Below are positions 1 to 9,700 of a stretch of DNA of 21,382 nt, in pieces. The DNA comes from Catajapyx aquilonaris (taxonomy: Eukaryota), in NCBI GenBank assembly GCA_000934665.2, contig KZ538319.1, positions 62,001 to 83,382 of the forward strand, in the 5' to 3' direction. The translations under genes and the position numbers were made by a program. The first letter of the stretch is position 1. Each line of letters opens with the position of its first letter. Below the pieces are notes generated by a model that saw only the letters and a program-made list of their open reading frames with translations, was not told the DNA's origin and ran no database searches.

Positions 1-266
1 CAACCAGATATGATCCTCACTATGACAAGTGTAATGAACAGACCCCAAGAAATAATCTGCCATTGAAGCTCAGCTGGTGACAAACAGCAGCATGAGGACC
101 ATTTTGACCCAGCCACAACTGGTGTCACAAAAGTTGAACAAGTCTTCTTTACAAATGAGAAAGGAAAGGACGTGACAGACAAGAAAAAGAAAAGAAGTCA
201 ACAGAAGTAGGAAGTATTCAACAATCAGAGAATTTGACATTCCATCCCTGACCAATTTGATTCTAA

Positions 267-440
267 AGCCAATTTCACAAACTCGGCGTTGCGAGAGCGG
301 GGCATGTGGAGTGCGGAAAACTTGTGAAGGGCTATTCACAAATGCTGCGTGCGATGGCCGAGCACGGGAGTTGCTCTGGATGGACTTTCTGTGGTCGGGG
401 AGTGGCAGACTCTCTCAACGCAGAGTTGGTGAAACAGGCT
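267..440. mobile_element. Degenerate PIF/Harbinger-like MITE
   Basis: 38-bp inverted ends (AGCCAATTTCACAAACTCGGCGTTG.../...CAACGCAGAGTTGGTGAAACAGGCT, 29/38 match); flanks TAA/TAT; terminus resembles the element at 13594. Confidence 0.6.
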
Positions 441-490
441 TATGCTAATTTCAACTCTCCATATGAATTGTAATATGATTGAAACTTTAC

Positions 491-731
491 CTCCGGCAGC
501 TCTGGGTGGCCTTTTCCTCTTTTGTTCCCTAGTGAATGCAGAACCATTCTTGAGTGCTTCAAGCAAACTGTCCATGACTCCTTCCTGATCGTCGTCTGCA
601 TTGATATCCACCAGAGCTTTCTTCCTTGCCTGCCTCTCCGCCTTCTCCTTTTCAGCCTTCTCTTTTGCCTCCTTTGCACGCTTCATTTTTTCCTCCATTT
701 CACGTTGTTTCAGATTGTCCTTATATGCTTT
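491..731 (-). CDS. dia: dia coding exon 10 (DAD autoregulatory domain)
   Basis: cag|AAA GCA TAT ... GGA G|gtaaag; QEGVMDSLLEALKNGSAFTREQKRKRPPR. Ends in phase 1 with no convincing next exon in the window. Confidence 0.93.
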
Positions 732-3700
732 CTGAACACATACAAACATATATAATTTCCCACCTATACACACAGGCCACAAATTATCTTAAAAAGAGAG
801 TAGATAACAAGACTGAAATTAAGTATATCCCTAATAGAACCTGATTTTCTGCCTCACACACAACAGCTTTTGAGAATTTCATGGGCACTTTCTTCAAGAT
901 CAAGATGAGATTTTATTGCTTTGATTACTATCGGTTTATAGGGGCCATGGGCCCTTCTGGGTACCCAAGAAAAGAAAACTTTACATGGCAGAGCTCACAA
1001 ATTGTGCAAATGTAATTGGCAAGTGAGCAAAGGCTTATAAAACCGTAGAACTAAAAACTTCCCCCATCACCGGCAATTGGATGAGCTGCATTTCCTGTTT
1101 AGCTAAAATGATCAAAAAAAACTGACCTGAAACTCATCTTTGAAGGTCTTGATATCGCCAAAGAATTCCTCGAATGCATACTTGGCCCTGTCGAACACGA
1201 AGTAGTCAGCCAGATCACTGTATAATGAGTCCATTTTCTTGTACATATTTCGCAAGATATCACACTGCTCACGTGCTTCCTTCGAAAAACTCTGCACTAA
1301 GAGTCAAGGAACATATCAGACACAAACACATTTCACTTATTTCTGGCCCTTCCATTTTCTACCATGAGGAACTGTTCATAACTTAACCAAAAAAATCTCT
1401 CTAAATTAACAAATCAATAATCTTAGTCTAAATATTTACCTACAGTCCTCCATGGACAGCTTTCTGCTCTTGGCTATTGCTCGACACACGAGCAATAACA
1501 ATATGCTTTTTAATACCAGAAGAAAGTCAACAAAATTTTCTGAGTACAGTATCTTTGGCTATATCCAGAAATATCCAATCACAAAATACTTTTTGATCTT
1601 GACCTCCCAAATTTGGCAAAAAGACCTTCCCCCAAATCTCAGCAACATAACACACCTAAACATAAGCTAAACAAGAGTTATTAGGTTTAATTTTAACCTT
1701 AATAAGACGGGCAGTTTTTTCGAGTTTTTGCAAGAATCTACAAGAAAATCGCTTGCGTTGTCACCACACGTAACTAATCTAGTGAGTAACATCGTGTAGT
1801 GTCTAGGCTTGATCCTGAGACCATTTATGGGACCCTCTTGGCATGCCTTGCGGAGATTTAAATTCTTGAATCTCTCAACAGATGCTGCAGGGGTGCGTTT
1901 CGCGCCGACGTATTTTTTTCTTAAATTTTTTGTCACTCCTGGGCTGACACGAAGTGTATCGATGTGTCGTGCTGGCGCTACTGAACAAACCAGTATGCAT
2001 GAATAATACCTCACAAGACAGGCATGCCAACCAGAGGGACAAATATACAACCCCCACTCGCGTGTAAACCTCACTCCCTCCACAGCTATTCAAAAGCTGC
2101 GCTGGACATGCGCCCCTCCATCCAAATGGGAGGCCGGCATTGAGTTGCGCAGAAGGCGGCCAGCCGCTAATTGGCATTTACAAACATGATTTTTTTATTT
2201 TAAAACTATTGAATTATCTTTTGCACTAATTTTAGGGTGGAATCTCTTGAGGAGGTTTGGGGGCAACTATGTATGCCAAAAATTTGCCAGTCAAGGTCGT
2301 TTTTTTTTAAAGTTTTTTTTTCAGCAGCCGCAAAAAGATGATTTCATTCAAGTTAATCTGGTTAATCCGGTTTATTTATTCACAATTTTGTAGTGCAAAA
2401 CTTCGTAGGCCAAAAACCTCACGATTTTTCACGCGAGAGGAAATTCAAAAAGCCAGAGAGAAACCACATTACATAGTGGGAAAACACTCTAGTTTTGCCA
2501 GCAGAATTTTTTAAAGCCAGTGTCTCAGCATATGAGACACCCGTCTTATTAGGGTTAATTGTCATTAACTATGCAATTAGGGTGGAAAGTCCCTGATGCA
2601 GAGCAAATGATCGAGTAATTGGGAGAGTTAGGTGGACTGCTGATGGAGTGGCCAGAAAAAGCAGCAGTAGGTGGGATGTTGTTTTTTGGCCTTCTGTGGG
2701 CCCCTCAAGCTTTTTTGTCAAATTAATCGTATGCTCTCAGAGGTCATAGCTTTTGGTGCAAGTTCCAAAAAAATTTAATGTTTAAAAATCTGAGCACCAC
2801 TTCAGAACACTGCACTTCTTCTACTAAGCCCAACAAAGCACTTTGAAAATTAACCCTCAGTAAGACACCCAAACTGTCATAACCATTGAGATCCAAATGA
2901 GACATGAACTTTGTGCTTTTTTTCCCTTCCACATAAGTGACAATACGATTTTTTGACAAAATGAGCAAAACAAACCAACTCAAATAGTGCTAAACACAAT
3001 TGGACATTTATCCAACAAAAGGATACCACCATGACCTCATAAAATCTGTCATCAGGCCCTTGGGGTGTCCTCGCTGCATTCTTGAGGTCATCTTCTAAGT
3101 GTCTTACATCAGCCGCCATTTGGTCTAGCACCTTCCTCACATTCTCCAGTGATATCCTGGCTGCCCTGTCCACATGGAGTAACTCCTCATGAAATGAGAG
3201 TAGCTCCGGAAAGTGCTCTTCAACACTCTGGGCCAAGTAGTGGGTCAGGGTGGCCTTGTTCTCCACATCCTTTACACCACCAACTTTAGCAAGGTAGCTG
3301 ATCTCAAACCCAATAGCTTGGGCATTGTGAGATCCTGCATTCATGTAATTTCCAACCAACAATATAAGCTCCAGAATGCGGGCGAATTTGCGACTGTGGC
3401 GAATTTCTTCACAAGCGGCAGTGCCTGCAACAATTTCTGGTTTCACGTCGGAAACAAGCTCTTTGTAGTGCTGTTTGAAGCTCATCGATTTTAGACGAGG
3501 GAGAAGACGCTTTATGCTTGATATCTGTGAAAAACAGATGAGTAAGTATGGGTAAGGTGGTATCATGGACTAATAATAATAAGGACTGGGCACTCCCCCT
3601 CTTATCGCGTTGGGAGGCTAACGGGGTGGTAATACAGTACAGAACCACAGGCGGTGCAGCTGATCAGGGCCCATACCAGAGAGAAGCACTTCGCGTCAAT

Positions 3701-6700
3701 GCCATCGATCGAAGCACTTATCTGCATGTATCGAATCCTCCCAGTGTGCCAATTCAATTTGGTCTTATTTAACCTGTTGAGGGCGACGTCCATCATATGA
3801 TGGTCTGCAGATGTTTGAATTTGGAGTGCTAAAATGTGCAGAGAATTCAAATGTTGTGGTTCCAGATTCGGTTCAACATACACCTGCCATCTCTAGGATG
3901 GTGACTAAACTACCATGAGACTCCCACAGTGCACTGGGCGGGAGCCACGCTGAGTCGAACATGCCAAGGCCACGCTGCTGCCGCGCCATCTTTCATGTAA
4001 AAAACCGCCCTGCGTACAGGATGCCCATAAAGTCTGGACCCTTGGGAGTTTCTCATAGTACAGTGTTGTGGTAATATTATGCAACCATAATAACAGTGTA
4101 TAGTGATCATGTAAACTTGTTAGGCCTATCGACGTTATGTGCGCCAAACGATTCTTAAAAAATTATTTCTGGAACACCCTGCAGATGATTTTTTCTGGCA
4201 TTTTACATTAAAAACGACTACCACGAATTAAATCGATTAATTTTGGCGGGAAGTTGTAATTCATTGGGAGGCATGGTGGTCTAGTGGTTACACCACTGGC
4301 CAGCCAAGAGGGAGGCCGGGGTTCAAATCCTGTCCCCGTCACCGCTGCTTGGCCAGGTATTTTTTCACGTTTCACCCTACATGCCGGGGCAGAATTGCAC
4401 TCCCTACTCTGCCCAGGGTCAGGTGAAAAGGCCTGGTGTTTAAAGAATGTCAGAAATTACTACCGCACAGCGCCCTCCCTTGGAAACCTCCCCTTCCCCC
4501 CTAAGAGGGCCTCGTGTCCTACCACGTTTTTTTTTTTTTTTTTTAAGTTGTTATTCATTAATATCACTCCTATATCAAATTTTGGACAAAATAGAAAATA
4601 ACGGCTGAAAAAACTCAGCCGTCAACAGGTTAAACGACTGTGCTGCTGGGGCCTGAACTCGTGCTCTTCGAACTAATCATCGATGGCATCGACGCGAAAT
4701 CCTTCTCTTCGGTATGGGCCCTGATCAGCGCTGCCTGTAGTTCTGTACTGCATTACCACCCCATTAGCCTCCCAACACGATAAGAGTCCAGGCCTTATTA
4801 TTCCTAGTCCATGGGTGGTATTTTCATCACTAGAACAGCCCAGACATTGCTAAAAACTCACATGAGTTTTTTGAAAATTGGCCTTCTACGTAGTTAACAG
4901 AAAATTACAATACTAACCGTGAATGCAAACTGCTCAGCCTCAGCCAACTGGTCATACTGGTCCCCAAGGTCCTGCAGTCTCTTGAGCTGGTCTGGTGGTG
5001 GCAAGTACAGGATGATTTGCTGCAGTACATGATCAGTCAGTATATCCTCGTCGCACAGCAGTATGCACCTCTTGACTTGCTCATAGTCCAGATGCTTCAG
5101 TGAACCTCCCAACATTATAGAAATGTTCTGTGCACACTTGGAGTCCAGCACCTTCAACACCTTGGCCTTTTTTCCTTGTGAAGAATGTTCGGATTTGCCT
5201 TCCCCACCACTTTCCTTGGACTTCTTGGGCTTGGATGCAAACCGGAGTGTCAGTCCATCAAAGATAGCCTTGGATGCCAGCTTTTCCTCCTCAACTTTGA
5301 CCCAGAAAGCCTTTTCCGACATCTTCTGCGGTGTAATCTATTTGGTCAAAATAAAGTAATATTAATAATGCAGGATAGGTTGAAATAATATTGTGGCCTG
5401 GACAAGAATTCAGTACTACTACATTGTACATACACTCCCTACAGCAAAAATATCCTCAAATAACATTTCTTGCAACCCGAAAATCTTAGGGCCAAAATGC
5501 TTTAAAAGGTTATGGATGTGGGTTCAAAGGAGATGACAGGAATTACTGAGAAGTGAAACATCACACACCAGATTTTATCAACGATCATCAAGTTATGGGT
5601 GCATTTTTGGTTCCTCTCCAAGGAAATCGAGAGGAGTGATGGTCAACAGGACAGGGTTTCCAGTAAAAACAGAGTGTAGCTAGGCGAGACCTCTTTCCCC
5701 TCCAACAGCCAACCATTTCAAACAAACTACTACTCCTTCCCACCCTTTCCTTCTATCTAATCATTTCCACCTACTCTCCATCGCAATTTTTTGCAGAGCT
5801 CTGCCCATTTTAACTCCACTTCCTCCCTCTTCAATATTTGGAAATGATTTCAAATGTAACTCGAGAAGGCCATTCATCGGGCCATTCCCCTCCCTACTCC
5901 TGGAGAGGGGCAAAAGATCTTACACAACTGCATGTAAATGTGTGATATTGCATTTGCTGACAATGAGTCTAGGAAATAGTTCAACAAGAAGTTCCAACCT
6001 TCTTCCAATTGGTCCTCCTAAGTGGAGTGTCCACCTCCCACTTCCTCTTTGGTTTCATTCCAAAAGGAAGCACATCCATTCTTGGAGAATCTGCCAAGGG
6101 CTTGAACATTCCCATTGGAGGGGGTGGAGGTGCTCCTGGCATTCCTGGAGGAGGTGGAGGTGGAGGAGGTCCCATACCTTGAAATATAAAATAAAAGATA
6201 AATACATTATTTGTATATTGCTTGTTTCAGAATTGAGCTCACATACAGGGGTTGGACAGAATAATAGGGCCCCCTGTGAAGAGCGGTTGAAACTTCGCCT
6301 GTTTTATTTGAAAACGGTAAAAGTTACTAAGATGACTTTTATATAGTTTTGAAGCGCTATCGATGCACATTTTTGGAGGCATGCAGATGATGCAAAAATC
6401 ACGAGAAGGGGAGAGAAACAAAAGACGAACAATACCCCCCAGGCCCCATTTTTGACCAGTGTTCCACTCTTTTCATTTGAAAACGAAACAGTAACAGATA
6501 TGAACTTGACTGGGTTTTGAAGCTCTATCGATGTCACTTTGTGTGGTATAGAGATGGACCAAAATTACCGATGGGTGGGTGGGGGGAAAAAATAGAAACG
6601 TGATTTTCACCTGGGGGGCTCTTTTTAAACCCCCACCCGAACAGTGCAGAATCGAGCAGGAGACAAAGGGTTAATTCCCATTTTGATGCAGCAAATTGCA

Positions 6701-9700
6701 AATTAGTAGTTTCTCTGTACAGATAATTTAATGTGTTGACTATACCTGGCATGGGAGGTGGTGGGGGTGGGCCCCCCATCCCTGGCATGGGTGGAGGTGG
6801 TGGTGGTGGCGGTCCTCCCATTCCTGGCATTGGAGGCGGGGGAGGCCCTCCCATCATCCCGGGCATTGGTGGAGGAGGTGGAGGAGGGGGCCCACTACCT
6901 CCAAGAAGCTTCTTCCCTCCGCCTTCTCCACCACCAAGCTCCTCAACCCTCCTCTCCAGCTGGGCCACTCTTGCTTCTGCTTCCTGCTTTTGGGTAAGCA
7001 CTTCTTCCAGCTTATGCTTTAACTCTCCAGACTTACGGTCATCTTCAACTTTTGACCTTTCCACCAGATGCTCTATAAGGGGCTCCACATCCACATTGAA
7101 ACGACGAGCCACACGGAAATCAGGATCACACCCAGACTTGTGCAGAACTATCTGCGCCACACACTCCTCTATCAGTTTCATGTACGCTGTCCTGGAAAGG
7201 TGAGAAAACTTGTCATCATCTCTCCTACAAGTATATCACATCCTAAATAATGGATACATTTCATGCTGCAGGCTCAAATGCGTTCACTAAAAGACTTGTG
7301 ATGACTGTCCTCCAACATGAATATACATCACATGTCACACTGTAGGACCAGCTTCAGTATACTCCCACTCAAGTACAGATATACTCACTTTTTTCAGTGC
7401 ACTCATTGGAGCCTTACAACATGAATTGAATTTCCATTCAACTTCATGACATTTTCATTTTGAAATCGTTTCAGAAAATCGTTAATTTGTAATCGAGTTG
7501 ACTCTGGATATAACTGCCTCAGCTACAACAGACTCTCGGTTATAGCAGACTTGAAAAGGCTGGTCCAGCCGTACTTCCATATAATTATCGCCTGTGTATT
7601 TGGCTGTGACAGACCTAGGTTATAACTTATAATGAATTGATTTCCGCAGTCCCTTGAAGTCTGTTATATCCAGAGTCTACTGTCAAAAAATTCTCATAAG
7701 AACTAAAAATATATCAATTCTCCAACCTAATCTCATAGTCATCTCGGATGAACAGCAAATGTTGCAGAATTGAGAGGAAGTAGTTTTCTGCAGGGGTGTC
7801 CATGGTGACATTGCGGATAAGCTCAAAGCATTCATTCATGTCATCCAGCTCCATACGAATGTTGTCAAAGCGCTGCATCATCTCTTCGTAGTCAAGCTCT
7901 TTATGCTCAATGAACACTTTCACCTGCACCTGGATGTCTTGGCAGGGGTCATTCTCAAGAGAATCCAACATGTCCACCAAGCCCATACGCATGAACTCAT
8001 TGCGCAGGTGAATGCGGAAGTCCATGTCGTCTGGGGTTGACACGAGAGCATTTATCAGCTGCAGACAAGTGCTCTGCAATGTACAGCGTAAAATAAAAGT
8101 TGTAGTAAGCATAATGTGGTTAAACTCATGATCATCCACAACAACATGGTTTAACGTGTCCTGACACAGTTAGTCTACTATACTGGTTAGCATATAAGAT
8201 TGCATATATAAGCACAGAGCCTAAATTCAACAAAAATTAATATATTAATTCTGGTGATTACTTTATTACCAGTATTTGTATTCTTGTCTAATAAAATACA
8301 TATTTCGAGACATACTTTGTGAAAAAGTCAATCAAAGACGCAGGACATACCCTTAGTGTGTCATTATCCTTGACTTCAAGTCCCTTGACAATGGGTGCAA
8401 ATCTATCTTGCCCTTTGACTTCCCCACTGATGGTGATGGCCTCCAAAGCTCGTTGGTGTCCATCTGGTGGAACAATGGCCACAGCAGCAACAAGCTTCAT
8501 GGCTTCTACAGTAACACTTGGAAGGGAAGGGTCTAGAGACCGAGCAAGAATGGCGAATGACTCCTTCTGGTCATACACATGCTTGAGCCCAACACGGTTG
8601 TTCATGATGGAGCGCAGGCAGCGCATGCACTCCAGTTGCACCTTGTCATACCGGTGGTCACTCCTATAGCACTCATTTAAGATGTGCAACACTTTGCTCA
8701 AACCTTTCGTGCCAAACTCTTGTACCCAGCTTAATGGGTTGTTTGTCAGAGCAATGCGCAGAGACTCCATACAATTGTACAACTTCGTCACACTGAGTTC
8801 TGAATTGCCCAGGTAGTCAATGTAGTCCTTTGGGCTGTCAAAACGGCCGCCATACCTCTGCAGAATACATTTTCAATTAGTGCTTACTTGTTTTTTGACA
8901 TCCTAATTGCTTCTCTATGTGAAAGTATCCTCCCATATAAAATATTTGCTGGATGCCTGTTTTGCTTATGCAGCTACGATTTTTAGTGCAAAGATGCTTG
9001 ATTCTTGACAGTGTCTACTAGGAAAGTGAAAGCTAGAATTGCTAAACACAGCTGTTCAGCGATATAGGAGCAATAATTACACAAATTTTCAATTTCAAAT
9101 GACCACAACAAGTGCTGAAAATATATCTTCATTTCAATATTTATGACATTGGTAAATGACCAATTTATTGGCACATAATTTGCACTAAAACTGACATCTA
9201 ATGAATTTTATGATGTGTACTAATGCTTCTATATTGTAATACCACATTTGAAAGGATGTCACACTACGAACTGTAAGTATTGCATCAAGTTTGTTGCTGT
9301 CAGTTTTGGCGAACAATGTGTGACTTTAAAAATTGGTTGTCATCTACCAATTCCATACAAACTGAAAATTAATCCAGGTTCTTAGCACTTTTGCGGCCAA
9401 GTGATATGATCAAGTTTACAAACTACAGGTGGCCAACAAATCCTGCATCAAAGGGGAGGTCTGTGATTTGCTTTGTAATGATGTTCTGGCTTTCCGCAGC
9501 ATGTTGACCACTGACGAGCTTGTGGAACTCATTCTCCTCAGTGAATGTGAAGGCTACACCTACAGAGATGTCATGGTGGAATTTAATCGAAGGCACCCAG
9601 AGAAAGAGCCCACAGAGTAAAGGACCCTGAGCAGATTGTTTTAAAAATTCAGGATCACATTGGGTGTAGTCTCTGCATCCACAGAGGAGTGAGTTCCACA

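Larger units (their letters stand above)
3564..4813. mobile_element. Non-autonomous DNA transposon with long TIRs and 8-bp TSD (P- or hAT-superfamily-like)
   Basis: Exact 8-bp TSD GGTGGTAT (3556-3563 and 4814-4821); ends CATGGACTA...TAGTCCATG; imperfect inverted arms of about 140 bp (about 3564-3712 vs 4678-4813). Confidence 0.85.

Noticed and set aside
332..438. Phase-compatible terminal dia exon (ACFTNS...SICE*) after an AG at 439-440
   Set aside because: It would need a 52-nt intron with a poor acceptor, lies inside a MITE and shows no formin similarity. The true last exon is probably left of the window.
1667..2177. 138-aa and 100-aa ORFs inside the piggyBac-like element
   Set aside because: No recognisable DDD transposase or other domain; likely chance ORFs in GC-richer repeat DNA.
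4266..4340. tRNA gene candidate (also 13080-13152 and 11511-11570)
   Set aside because: A and B boxes are present but there is no clean cloverleaf, and each continues into a body. The first two also have a tail and TSD, so these are SINE heads.
6733..7203. Gly-rich 156-aa plus-strand ORF and other plus-strand ORFs over dia and GNPAT exons
   Set aside because: Antisense shadows of coding exons; the poly-Gly mirrors the FH1 poly-Pro.
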